A stretch of DNA of 64,000 bases from Minisyncoccota bacterium (GTDB taxonomy: Bacteria > Patescibacteriota > Minisyncoccia > UBA6257 > JAGOQP01): the NCBI GenBank assembly GCA_041661795.1, contig JBAZTS010000005.1, positions 768-64,767 of the forward strand. Reading direction: 5' to 3'. Made by a program: the position numbers and the translations under genes. Shown here in pieces: positions 20,165 through 28,740 of the stretch (position 1 is its first letter; each line of letters opens with the position of its first letter). The notes beneath the pieces are model-generated. The model was not told where the DNA came from and did no database searches. It was given only the letters and a program-made list of their open reading frames with translations.

Positions 20165-22687
20165 ATGTTTAATCAAGAAAAAAACAAAAAAATAGAAACG
20201 ATTTTTAATAGACGACTTTTTGTTATGAGTGCTTTTTCTCGTTCCTTAATAAGGGTTCTGTTTTATTCTTTTTCAATAATAATGGTTGGAGTAATAATCG
20301 CTCTTTTTATATCTGACGTTGAAAAGTTGAATTGGCTGGGGGCTTTGATTTTTATAATTTTTGCGGATTATCTTTTGCACTACCGAACCTCTCATTATTC
20401 AATCAGTGATTTTTTCAACGGCAAAGTTCCTAAGAATAATGTCGCTCTATGTCTAAACAGGGAATCTCTTTATTTTTTAATTAATGCTTTTGAAAAAGCG
20501 TTAATTTTTGGGGGAGATCCAAGGATTTTTCTAACTTCACTTTTGATTGAAAAAGACAGTGTATCTAAAACTTTATCTCGATTGGATATATCTGCTAAAG
20601 AAATAAAAACCAAATTAGAGAATGAAATTAAAATTAGTGTCGGATCTAAAATAAGCAGAGAACAGGCCTTGGAGATAATAAAAGAGTTGGTAATCAAGGC
20701 CGCTGATGTTTCAAAATTTCACCTTCAGGAGGAAATTGACCCGGAAAGCTTGTTTGTAGCCGTGGCTAATTCTAATACCTCTTGGATGTCAAAAATTTTG
20801 GATTTTTTTGGGGTTACTCCAGACGACATAAATTCAGCAGCTGTTTTTTCAAAATTTGCTTATGGCAGAAAATCTCTTACTCCTCAAGTTACGGGCGGTT
20901 TTGCTATTAAAGGGTCAAAAATAAAATCCCATCGGGTCAACAGGTCTTTGACTTCTAAACCAACTCCTGTTCTTAATAGATTTTCAACTGATCTTACTGA
21001 TCTTGCCAGAATGGGACAGGCCGGATTTCTTATTGGGCATGGAAACGATTATGAACAGATGATTAACGGGCTTTCTCGTGTTGGTAAAAGAAACGTGTTA
21101 TTGGTGGGTGAGCCGGGAGTTGGGAAAGAAACCATAATCAATCACTTGGCATTTCAAATTATTAATGACAATGTTCCCGCTCCGCTTTTTGACAGGCGAC
21201 TGATTAAACTTTCTTTGGGGGAACTGGTTTCTGGGGCTTCTATGGAAGATTTGACTGATAGATTTAAAAAAGCGGTGGATGAAATTATTTTAGCCGGGAA
21301 CATAATTCTTTATATTCCAGACATACATATTTTGTCAAAAACTTCCCAAGGTAAGGAAATGGATCTTTCTGATATGCTAATGCCGGTTATTGAAAACGCT
21401 TCTTTTCCGGTTATTGGGACTACTTATCCTAAAGAGTTTAAGGAATTTGTTGAACCCAGATCTGATTTTGCTTCTTCCTTTGAAGTTCTAAGAATAGAGG
21501 AAATATCTAAAGAAGATGCAATAACTTTTTTGACTTATGATGCTATTTTACTTGAAAGACAGTATCGGGTGACAATTAATTTTTCTGCTATAAAACAATC
21601 GGTAATTCTGGCGTCCAAATATCTCCATTACAAACATCTACCATTAAGCGCTCAAGAAATTCTAAGAGAAGCGCTGGCATGGGCTACTCAAAAAGGAGAA
21701 AAATCAATTAATGGAGAAACAATTGTTTCTGTGGTTGAAAGAAAAACAAATATTCCGGTTCACAGAGCCGGCAGAGAGGAAGCTCAAGCACTTCTTAACT
21801 TAGAAGACCTTATCCATAATTCTTTTATAGACCAGGAAGAGGCGGTTATTAGCGTGGCAAGAGCGTTGAGGTCTTATCGGGCGGGTCTTGCCAGAAAAGG
21901 AGGGCCTATTGCCACCTTTCTTTTTGTGGGACCTACGGGGGTAGGGAAAACTGAGCTTTCTAAGATTTTATCTAAAATACACTTTGGGTCTGATAAAGCA
22001 ATGATTAGATTTGATATGTCAGAGTTCCAACAGAAAGATTCAATTTCTCGGTTGATTGGTTCTAACGATGGGAAAATTGCCGGCTCTCTTACCGAAACAA
22101 TTATTCAAAAACCCTATTCACTGGTGCTTTTAGATGAATTTGAAAAAGCCAACTCAGATATACTCAATTTATTTTTACAGGTCTTTGACGACGGACGGTT
22201 GACTGATAGTTTGGGAAGAGTAGTTGATTTCCAAAATACTATTATTATTACCACCTCCAATGCTCACTCGGTATTTATTCAGGATAAAATAAGAGCCGGA
22301 GAAAATATTAAGGACTTTGCCGATGAATTTAAGAAGAAGTTAACAGAATATTTCAAACCGGAACTTTTAAACAGATTTTCTGATGTGGTTGTTTTTAAAC
22401 CTCTGTCTTTGGAAGACATAAAAAAAGTAACTAAACTTAATTTAGACAAACTATCCAAGGATATTAAAGAATCTCAAAATATTATTTTGGAATTTAGTTC
22501 TGCGGCCAACGACAAAATAGCGGAAATTGGGTATGACCCGGCTTTTGGCGCAAGACCACTAAGAAAAGCGATTGACGATAATATAAAATCGGTTTTATCG
22601 GAAGCGATACTTTCCGAAAAAATCATTAAAGGAGGAAAGGTGTTTGTAGACATAAATCAAGAAGGAAATTTTTCTTTTAGTTTTTAA
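20165..22687 (+). CDS. Membrane-anchored AAA+ chaperone ATPase of the ClpA/ClpB (Hsp100) family with two nucleotide-binding domains. The first domain has degenerate Walker motifs.
   Basis: Two N-terminal TM helices and a Clp_N-like repeat. D1: LLVGEPGVGKETII (K followed by E instead of T/S) with IILYIPDIHIL in place of the hhhhDE Walker B. D2: FLFVGPTGVGKTELSK, LVLLDEFEKA, TIIITTSN, GARPLRKAI. No IGF/ClpP loop seen. Confidence 0.75.
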   Translation: MFNQEKNKKIETIFNRRLFVMSAFSRSLIRVLFYSFSIIMVGVIIALFISDVEKLNWLGALIFIIFADYLLHYRTSHYSISDFFNGKVPKNNVALCLNRESLYFLINAFEKALIFGGDPRIFLTSLLIEKDSVSKTLSRLDISAKEIKTKLENEIKISVGSKISREQALEIIKELVIKAADVSKFHLQEEIDPESLFVAVANSNTSWMSKILDFFGVTPDDINSAAVFSKFAYGRKSLTPQVTGGFAIKGSKIKSHRVNRSLTSKPTPVLNRFSTDLTDLARMGQAGFLIGHGNDYEQMINGLSRVGKRNVLLVGEPGVGKETIINHLAFQIINDNVPAPLFDRRLIKLSLGELVSGASMEDLTDRFKKAVDEIILAGNIILYIPDIHILSKTSQGKEMDLSDMLMPVIENASFPVIGTTYPKEFKEFVEPRSDFASSFEVLRIEEISKEDAITFLTYDAILLERQYRVTINFSAIKQSVILASKYLHYKHLPLSAQEILREALAWATQKGEKSINGETIVSVVERKTNIPVHRAGREEAQALLNLEDLIHNSFIDQEEAVISVARALRSYRAGLARKGGPIATFLFVGPTGVGKTELSKILSKIHFGSDKAMIRFDMSEFQQKDSISRLIGSNDGKIAGSLTETIIQKPYSLVLLDEFEKANSDILNLFLQVFDDGRLTDSLGRVVDFQNTIIITTSNAHSVFIQDKIRAGENIKDFADEFKKKLTEYFKPELLNRFSDVVVFKPLSLEDIKKVTKLNLDKLSKDIKESQNIILEFSSAANDKIAEIGYDPAFGARPLRKAIDDNIKSVLSEAILSEKIIKGGKVFVDINQEGNFSFSF

Positions 22688-22705
22688 TAATTGTAAAATA
22701 TTAAT

Positions 22706-23194
22706 ATGATCACAAAAAATAACCAAGAAGAGCAAGGACCCGGGGAGAAAATTGTCTCTTCTGGGGTTATTATTTTCAGAAAATCAGAAGAAGGTCCCAG
22801 ATTTTTGATGTTATATTATGGTCATAATTATTGGACTTTTCCCAGAGGCAAAATTGAGAAAGGGGAGAATGGTTTTTCAGCGGCTCTTAGAGAGACAAAA
22901 GAAGAAACAGGTCTTTCTAAAAGCGACCTAATGCTTTCTTCTTATTTTAAAGCCCACGAAAGATGGATTTTTGTAAGAAACAACAGGAAGATATTTAGAG
23001 TAATCATTTTTTATTTAGCCCAAACTCATCAGTCCAATATTAAAATCTCTTCTGAACACAAGGGTTATGGATGGTTTACTTATCATGAAGCCATAAAGAT
23101 ACTTGTTGGGGAGAAAAACAGCGAGAATAGGAAAGTATTAAAAAGGGCTTATGATTTCATAAACAAAAATAGCAACAAAAAAACAGCGGAATAA
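22706..23194 (+). CDS. NUDIX hydrolase
   Basis: Nudix box GKIEKGENGFSAALRETKEETGL (GX5EX7REUXEEXGU). Confidence 0.8.
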   Translation: MITKNNQEEQGPGEKIVSSGVIIFRKSEEGPRFLMLYYGHNYWTFPRGKIEKGENGFSAALRETKEETGLSKSDLMLSSYFKAHERWIFVRNNRKIFRVIIFYLAQTHQSNIKISSEHKGYGWFTYHEAIKILVGEKNSENRKVLKRAYDFINKNSNKKTAE

Positions 23195-23215
23195 TTGCTG
23201 TTTTTTTGTAGTAGA

Positions 23216-23560
23216 TTACGAGAGTGACTTTACTATCATTTCAAAAACTTGAGGATGTTTCTGAGCGATTTCTGATAAGATTTTTCTGTCCAGTTCTACT
23301 TTGTTATCCTTTAGTTTCTTTATAAATTGGCTGTAAGATATTCCTTGTTTTCTTGAGGCGGCGTTAATTCTTACCTGCCAAATCCTTCTAAAATCTCTTT
23401 TTCTTTCTTTTCTTCCTTTAAAACTTCTAGATTGAGAATGAAGCAGGGCCTCTTTGGCGGCTCTTTCCTTTGATTTTCTTCCCCACCTAAATCCTTTAAC
23501 TTTTTTTAATAACTTTTCCCTTTTTTTATGGGCAATGGTGCCTCTTTTTATTCTTGTCAT
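23216..23560 (-). CDS. rplT: 50S ribosomal protein L20
   Basis: MTRIKRGTIAHKKREKLLKKVKGFRWGRK... is a conserved L20 N-terminus. Operon order infC-rpmI-rplT. Confidence 0.9.
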   Translation of the reverse strand: MTRIKRGTIAHKKREKLLKKVKGFRWGRKSKERAAKEALLHSQSRSFKGRKERKRDFRRIWQVRINAASRKQGISYSQFIKKLKDNKVELDRKILSEIAQKHPQVFEMIVKSLS

Positions 23561-23564
23561 ATTT

Positions 23565-23744
23565 TTACAAAGTTCCTGGTTTTTTAAATATTCTTCTGGC
23601 TATAGAATCGGCCGATCTTGGGTTTGATTTCTGTCTTGTCTGCTTTCCTGTTCTTTTAGCGCGGAAATGGCACTGAGCAATCTGTCTTCGGACGGTCTTC
23701 CCATTTTTGGTTATTTTAATTCTTGTGGATATGGATTTTTTCAT
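23565..23744 (-). CDS. rpmI: 50S ribosomal protein L35
   Basis: Not in the ORF track because it is under 60 aa. Manual translation gives MKKSISTRIKITKNGKTVRRQIAQCHFRAKRTGKQTRQKSNPRSADSIARRIFKKPGTL (59 aa, basic, L35-like). It sits between infC and rplT. Confidence 0.75.
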   Translation of the reverse strand: MKKSISTRIKITKNGKTVRRQIAQCHFRAKRTGKQTRQKSNPRSADSIARRIFKKPGTL

Positions 23745-23745
23745 A

Positions 23746-24249
23746 TTATTTTTTCATTATCTGAACACTCATTCCTCTGCCGACAAACTTTTCTGGGGAA
23801 GTCACCTTATATTCATGTCCTATCATTGTCATAAATTCTGACATTTTGGTTTTAGCCCAATCACGATTGTATTTTTCTCTGCCTCTTAAGACCATATCTA
23901 TCTCTACGGTGTGATTTTCCTCTAAAAACTCGTCAACTTTCTTGGCTTTTATGTTTAAATCATTTTTTGCTGCTCGGGCCGATATTCTTACTTGCTTTAG
24001 CTCGTTTCCTGATTTTTTCTGGCGATTTTTCTTTTCTTCTTTCGTTTGCTGATACCTGAATTTATCAAAACTGATGAGTTTAGCTACCGGAGGGTTGGCC
24101 ATCGGGGCCGTTTCTATCAAATCCAAGCCCTTTTCTACGGCCAATTTTAGGGCCTCCTCCTTACTCATAACCCCCAAGCTCTCTCCTAATTCTCCTACTA
24201 CTCTTAGTGTTGGAGAGGTTATCTGATGATTGATTTTTGTCTGTTTAAT
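23746..24249 (-). CDS. infC: Translation initiation factor IF-3 with a non-AUG (AUU/AUA) start
   Basis: The ORF-track fragment starts ...LGVMSKEEALKLAVEKGLDLIE. The frame stays open upstream to ...KINHQITSPTLRVVGELGES, which is the IF-3 N-domain, with no in-frame ATG. The first in-frame ATT/ATA after the stop at 24268-70 lies at 24247-49 or 24253-55. A non-AUG start is the rule for infC. Confidence 0.75.
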   Translation of the reverse strand: MKQTKINHQITSPTLRVVGELGESLGVMSKEEALKLAVEKGLDLIETAPMANPPVAKLISFDKFRYQQTKEEKKNRQKKSGNELKQVRISARAAKNDLNIKAKKVDEFLEENHTVEIDMVLRGREKYNRDWAKTKMSEFMTMIGHEYKVTSPEKFVGRGMSVQIMKK

Positions 24250-24335
24250 TAATATATTTTTGCAGATTAATTACGGGTTTAAATTAGCATAAACATGAAG
24301 TGTTTGCAACCCCGTTATGGTAAGATATACATGAT

Positions 24336-25025
24336 ATGCCTCTTATTAAAATTCCCAAAAATTTAAAGGTGGTTTATGTTGACGGATTTAAAATCCGCAA
24401 CCATATTGATGATGATTTTGCCATAGCTCACGTTTTTTTTGACGAACTTTGTTATTTTCCTAAAAAATTCTATATTCCTAAAGATGAAATTTGGATTGAT
24501 TACCATTATCGCAATGAAACTGAATTTCTAATCAAAACTCAACACTATTTTTCTTTTTCGGCGAAATCATATTTACATATCAGGAATTTGATGAAAAAAG
24601 AATTATGCAAAAAAGGTCCTGTTCCCGACTTCAAATTAAAAATTTTTAGAAAGGATAGTAAAAAAATAGTTTATGTTGACGGAAAAGTTTTAAGGGAATA
24701 TATTGACCCAGAATTTGTCATGGGGGGCCATGGGCTTGTTTACTCTTATATTCCTGAAAATGAAATATGGATTGATGTTAAGGTTGATCTCAAAGAGGTT
24801 CCTTATATTTTGCTTCACGAACGGGTGGAGTATGATTTGATGAAAAAAGGAAAGAGTTATGATGTTGCTCATGAATATGCGGTTGTAGCTGATAAAGAAG
24901 AACGTAGAAAAAGGACCGGGGCTTCTTATGCCGGTGATTATAATTATCCATGGTATGGCCAAAGCAACAAAAAAATTATAAAAAAGATCACAGTTTCTCA
25001 AAAAATATGGAAAATAAAGAGTTAG
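24336..25025 (+). CDS. Hypothetical protein with an internally duplicated ~90-aa domain
   Basis: Two related segments: VVYVDGFKIRNHIDDDFAI...IPKDEIWIDY and IVYVDGKVLREYIDPEFVMGGHGLVYSYIPENEIWIDV. No known family recognised. Confidence 0.45.
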   Translation: MPLIKIPKNLKVVYVDGFKIRNHIDDDFAIAHVFFDELCYFPKKFYIPKDEIWIDYHYRNETEFLIKTQHYFSFSAKSYLHIRNLMKKELCKKGPVPDFKLKIFRKDSKKIVYVDGKVLREYIDPEFVMGGHGLVYSYIPENEIWIDVKVDLKEVPYILLHERVEYDLMKKGKSYDVAHEYAVVADKEERRKRTGASYAGDYNYPWYGQSNKKIIKKITVSQKIWKIKS

Positions 25026-25537
25026 AAAAAAAGGAAAAATCAATTGAAGTGGAAAAGTTTGTCCAGAGCCCGGGTTTTTGCGGTCCGGCTTCATTGAAAA
25101 TTCTTCTCTCGTATTTTGGTGTAAATCACTCCGAGGAACAATTAGGACAACTTTGTTATACCACTTACGATTCTGGGACCGAACATGAAGGGATGACACA
25201 GGCCGTTAAAGCTACAGGGGCTTATGTTTTTACCAAAGAAAACGGAACTATTGAAGAATTGGAGTATTTTATAAAAGAAGAGAAACTCCCGGTTATTATT
25301 GGGTGGTTTGATAAGGACGGAGACCATTACAGCGTATTGGTTAATATTACCGACAAAAATATTATTATTGTAGATCCGGCAGTTAATGACCCGGAAAGAT
25401 GGATAGACAAAGAAGTTTTTCCCCGTGTTTGGTTTGACTTTGTAGGCAAGGACAACAAAGTAGTTTCCTGGGGATGGTATTTGGTGGCTACTTTTGAGAA
25501 GAAGAGGTTTAAAGTAAAAGGAGGATACTACTATTAA
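25007..25537 (+). CDS. Peptidase C39-like (papain-fold cysteine peptidase) domain protein
   Basis: VQSPGFCGPASLKILLSYFG matches the C39 catalytic Cys motif (Q..CG.A.L..IL.YFG), with a downstream His region DGDHYSVLVNITDKNIIIVDPA. The start is taken as the internal Met (MENKELEKK) to avoid a 76-nt overlap with the upstream gene. Confidence 0.6.
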   Translation: MENKELEKKEKSIEVEKFVQSPGFCGPASLKILLSYFGVNHSEEQLGQLCYTTYDSGTEHEGMTQAVKATGAYVFTKENGTIEELEYFIKEEKLPVIIGWFDKDGDHYSVLVNITDKNIIIVDPAVNDPERWIDKEVFPRVWFDFVGKDNKVVSWGWYLVATFEKKRFKVKGGYYY

Positions 25538-25547
25538 TAATTTCTAA

Positions 25548-26255
25548 ATGGATTCTGTCTCTTTGTTGAGGTTTGATATAAATAAATTAAAAAGCTCTTA
25601 CCGAGCTAAAGTTTCCCAAAGTTTTTTTAAGACAGGTAAAGGACAGTATGGAGAAGGGGATATTTTTATAGGACTGACGGTTCCTCAATGCAGGATGTTA
25701 TCTAAAAAATATCTTGACCTTTCAAAATCTGAAGTTGGAAAAATTCTTAAATCAAAGATACATGAAGAAAGATTAATAGCTCTTTTGATTTTGGTGGAAA
25801 AATTTTCTAAAGGAGATAATAAAAAAAGAAAAGAAATATTTGATTTTTATCTTAAAAATATCAAATATATAAACAATTGGGACTTGGTTGATTTATCGGC
25901 AGATAAAATTGTTGGTGCTTATCTTTTGGACAAAGATAAGAATATTCTTTTAAAACTGGTTTTATCCAAAAATATTTGGGAAAGAAGGATTTCTGTAATA
26001 TCCACTTTTAATTTTATAAAGAATGGCAAATTTGATTGGACTCTTAAAATATCCAAAATTCTTTTAAACGATAGTCACGATTTAATCCAAAAGGCGGTCG
26101 GATGGATGCTAAGGGAAGTGGGTAAAAAATCAATTGCGGTTGAAAAAACTTTTTTAAATAAATATTACCGTAAAATGCCTCGTACCATGTTAAGGTATGC
26201 TATTGAGAGATTTTCAGAAAAGGAGAGGCAAAAATATTTAAAAGGTGTGGTATAA
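25548..26255 (+). CDS. DNA alkylation repair enzyme (AlkD/AlkC-like HEAT-repeat glycosylase family)
   Basis: FFKTGKGQYGEGDIFIGLTVPQCRMLSKKY...NNWDLVDLSADKIVGAYL...KAVGWMLREVGKK matches the DNA_alkylation family. Confidence 0.7.
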   Translation: MDSVSLLRFDINKLKSSYRAKVSQSFFKTGKGQYGEGDIFIGLTVPQCRMLSKKYLDLSKSEVGKILKSKIHEERLIALLILVEKFSKGDNKKRKEIFDFYLKNIKYINNWDLVDLSADKIVGAYLLDKDKNILLKLVLSKNIWERRISVISTFNFIKNGKFDWTLKISKILLNDSHDLIQKAVGWMLREVGKKSIAVEKTFLNKYYRKMPRTMLRYAIERFSEKERQKYLKGVV

Positions 26256-26297
26256 TAAAGTTATTATCCCCGACGCTTTGGTTGGGGCTATAATAAG

Positions 26298-26460
26298 TTT
26301 ACCCCCTCACTCATTGATACAAAGTTAATGAGTTAGTATCCAGACAGAGCCGTAAGGCGACTTTCGTCTCTATCTTATGCTATCACCCAAGGCATTGCTA
26401 CAATAAGTGAGTGGGTGCTCGGTTTTATAATTAATCGCTACGCTCTTAAATAAAAACGGC
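26298..26460 (+). repeat. Structured ~165-bp intergenic repeat element, copy 1: long imperfect hairpin plus a promoter-like tail that abuts the ATG of the downstream gene
   Basis: About 90% identical to 43034..43199. The outer stem ccccctcactcattg...caat(a/g)agtgag(t/g)gggg encloses a GNRA hairpin gcc-gtaa-ggc and is followed by ggtgctcggttttat and ttaattaatcgctacgctcttaaataaaaacggc immediately before the start codon. Confidence 0.8.
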
Positions 26461-26907
26461 ATGAAAATACCACAAAAACTTCCGCAATTTGAAAAAGAAA
26501 AATATTTTGTTATAGTAGCCGGACATCAGGAAGCCGATTTTTACACTGTTTTTGAGGGGAATATTGATAAAAAGGCGTCTTTTAAGTTTGAAAAGCCAAA
26601 ATATTCAGATAAGGAGGGTTTTACCGCCAGGGCTACTCAGGGAAAATCAATTGGTGGAGGTCCGGCTCTAGAGATATCAAAGGAAAAGATAACCCAGGAC
26701 TTTTTGAAAGAATTCAAGAAGATAATAAGAGCATTTTCAAACGATAAGAGTATAAAAAAAGTTGTTATTTTCTCTTCGCCTTATGTTATCAGCCACATAA
26801 AAGACAATCTTCCTGTTGGGCTTAGAGATAAAGTTAAAAAGGTTATTTCTGGAAATTATTCTAAAACCCATCCGTTAAAAATAGTGGAAATGATTTTTGC
26901 CCGCTAG
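26461..26907 (+). CDS. Hypothetical protein
   Basis: 148-aa ORF starting directly after the repeat element. No recognisable family. Confidence 0.45.
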   Translation: MKIPQKLPQFEKEKYFVIVAGHQEADFYTVFEGNIDKKASFKFEKPKYSDKEGFTARATQGKSIGGGPALEISKEKITQDFLKEFKKIIRAFSNDKSIKKVVIFSSPYVISHIKDNLPVGLRDKVKKVISGNYSKTHPLKIVEMIFAR

Positions 26908-26939
26908 AAGCGGGTCCGCCTCTGGCGGAAAAAATTATT

Positions 26940-27200
26940 ATGCCAATAACCTACGTATTGTTTAGTGAGAAAACGAACAGGTTTTATACTGGTTCGTCTC
27001 ATGATGATAATATAGAGATAAGAATGAGGACACATAATTTGGGAGGAGTGAGATCTACTAAATATGGAAGACCATGGAAGTTAGTTGAGGTTGAGAACTT
27101 TAGTAGTTATACTGATGCAAGAAAAAGAGAGTTATTCTTAAAAACTGGTGTTGGGAGGCAGTACATTCATAAAAATTTTGGATATTTGAAAGAGAAATGA
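26940..27200 (+). CDS. GIY-YIG nuclease-domain small protein (UPF0213-like)
   Basis: YVLFSEKTNRFYTGSSHDDNIEIRMRTHNLG...PWKLVEVENF...ARKRELFLK carries GIY-YIG motifs in an ~86-aa protein. Confidence 0.75.
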   Translation: MPITYVLFSEKTNRFYTGSSHDDNIEIRMRTHNLGGVRSTKYGRPWKLVEVENFSSYTDARKRELFLKTGVGRQYIHKNFGYLKEK

Positions 27201-27214
27201 TTCTCGCCTAAAGC

Positions 27215-27301
27215 GGAAGGTTGGCAGAGTGGTCTAACGCGCCGCACTTGAAATGCGGTATCCCGGAAACGGGATCGGAGGTTCGAATCCTCCACCTTCC
27301 G
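27215..27301 (+). tRNA. tRNA-Ser (anticodon UGA)
   Basis: 7-bp acceptor ggaaggt/accttcc, anticodon stem-loop ccgca-cttgaaa-tgcgg (anticodon tga), long variable arm atcccggaaacgggat, T-arm ggagg-ttcgaat-cctcc, discriminator G. Confidence 0.85.
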
Positions 27302-27390
27302 CTTTGTGCGGGAAAATATGGTGTGCCAAAAAGGCGTAAAGAGTATTTTTGAAATATTTCTCCGTTTGATTTGTAGTAATATGGAAGGTA

Positions 27391-27936
27391 ATGGATAAAA
27401 CCGACAAAGAATTGATTCTGCTTGCCAAAGACGGGGATAGCCAGGCCTTCGGTTTTTTAATTGACAGGTACGAGGACAAGATTTCAAGATATGCCAGAAA
27501 ATTTTTATCTAATACCCATGACATTCAGGATATAGTTCAAGAGGTTTTTATTAAAGCGTATATCAATATCCAAAGTTTTAATGAGGAAGAGAGCTTTTCT
27601 CCTTGGGTGTATCGGATTGCTCACAACGAATTTATTAACGCTCTTAAAAAGAAAAAAAGAGAACCGCTATCTTTTTTTGATGCCGATACTCTTTTCCCTC
27701 ATCCTGTGTCTTTGCAAAATGCCGATGATTCGTTAAACGAAAGAGAATCAAAAGAGATGGTTGATAAGTTCTTGGATCAAGTTTCGGTAAAATACAAAGA
27801 GCCATTGGTATTATATTATTTTGAAAATTTGAGTTATCAAGAGATTTCTCAAATTCTTAAAATTCCCATATCTACGGTTGGCGTTAGGTTACAAAGAGCT
27901 AAGAAAATGATAAAAAAAATATATGAGCGAGAATAA
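27391..27936 (+). CDS. RNA polymerase sigma-70 family, ECF-type sigma factor
   Basis: Region 2 (DIVQEVFIKAYINIQSFN...SPWVYRIAHNEFINALKK) and region 4 HTH (LSYQEISQILKIPISTVGVRLQRAKKMIKK). Confidence 0.8.
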   Translation: MDKTDKELILLAKDGDSQAFGFLIDRYEDKISRYARKFLSNTHDIQDIVQEVFIKAYINIQSFNEEESFSPWVYRIAHNEFINALKKKKREPLSFFDADTLFPHPVSLQNADDSLNERESKEMVDKFLDQVSVKYKEPLVLYYFENLSYQEISQILKIPISTVGVRLQRAKKMIKKIYERE

Positions 27937-28672
27937 AACAATAAAAGATTTCGTAATTGAAAAAATAAAAAGCGGTCAGGCAAAGATGAAACCCAAATGG
28001 CACTTTGTGTTAAAGGCCGTATTGTTTATTTTGGGGATTATCCTGATAACTTTGACGATTCTCTATCTAATCAGTTTTATTATTTTCTCTTTGAATCAAA
28101 CAGGCGCTATATTCGCTCCGTCTTTTGGTTTGAGGGGGTTTGGAATTTTTATGGCTTCTTTGCCTTGGGTGTTGATATTAGTTTCTGGGATCTTCATAAT
28201 TATTCTTGAGATTCTGGTAAAACATTATTCTTTTGCTTATAAAAAACCCATTTTTTATTCGGTGTTGGGGATTTTGATTTTGGTTTTGGCTGGGGGATTT
28301 ATAATCTCCAGATCCGGATTCCATCAGAAATTTTTTAGAGATGCTCGCAATTTTAAACTGCCTTTAGCTGGGCCCCTTTATCGAGAATTTGGAATGAAGA
28401 AGTTTGACGATATCCACATCGGAACAATCGTTAAAATAAATGAAAAAAGTTTTGTTTTAGAAAATAACAGAGGAGAAATGCTTAGTGTAAATATTTTATC
28501 AAATACTCGTTTATCTGTAGATTTAGACCTTAAGGAGGGTGATTTGGTTATGGTTGTAGGAAGGAGAAATGGAGACATTGTTGATGCTTTTGGTATAAGA
28601 AAAGCCGATGATCAAATGATGATGTTTGAAAGAGGCGCAATAATGAACCGCCCACCAGCGCCTTTGGAGTGA
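27923..28672 (+). CDS. Multi-pass membrane protein, putative anti-sigma factor or partner of the ECF sigma
   Basis: Overlaps the sigma gene by 14 nt. Has 4-5 TM helices and a C-terminal soluble domain. Assignment rests on gene context only. Confidence 0.4.
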   Translation: MSENKTIKDFVIEKIKSGQAKMKPKWHFVLKAVLFILGIILITLTILYLISFIIFSLNQTGAIFAPSFGLRGFGIFMASLPWVLILVSGIFIIILEILVKHYSFAYKKPIFYSVLGILILVLAGGFIISRSGFHQKFFRDARNFKLPLAGPLYREFGMKKFDDIHIGTIVKINEKSFVLENNRGEMLSVNILSNTRLSVDLDLKEGDLVMVVGRRNGDIVDAFGIRKADDQMMMFERGAIMNRPPAPLE

Positions 28673-28740
28673 AATATTTTTTTGTTTTAGTTGTAGTAAT
28701 AAGTAGCCGGCAAGATTATTACTATTAAAATAAAAAATAA

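Noticed and set aside
26910-26930. ggtccgcc-tct-ggcgga hairpin between 26461..26907 and the GIY-YIG gene, considered as a terminator
   Set aside because: Followed by an A-run rather than a T-run on the coding strand. Possibly a weak attenuator. Insufficient support.
27167-27524. Minus-strand ORFs 27167..27487 and 27234..27524
   Set aside because: They overlap tRNA-Ser on the opposite strand and the sigma-factor start, and have no coding signal.
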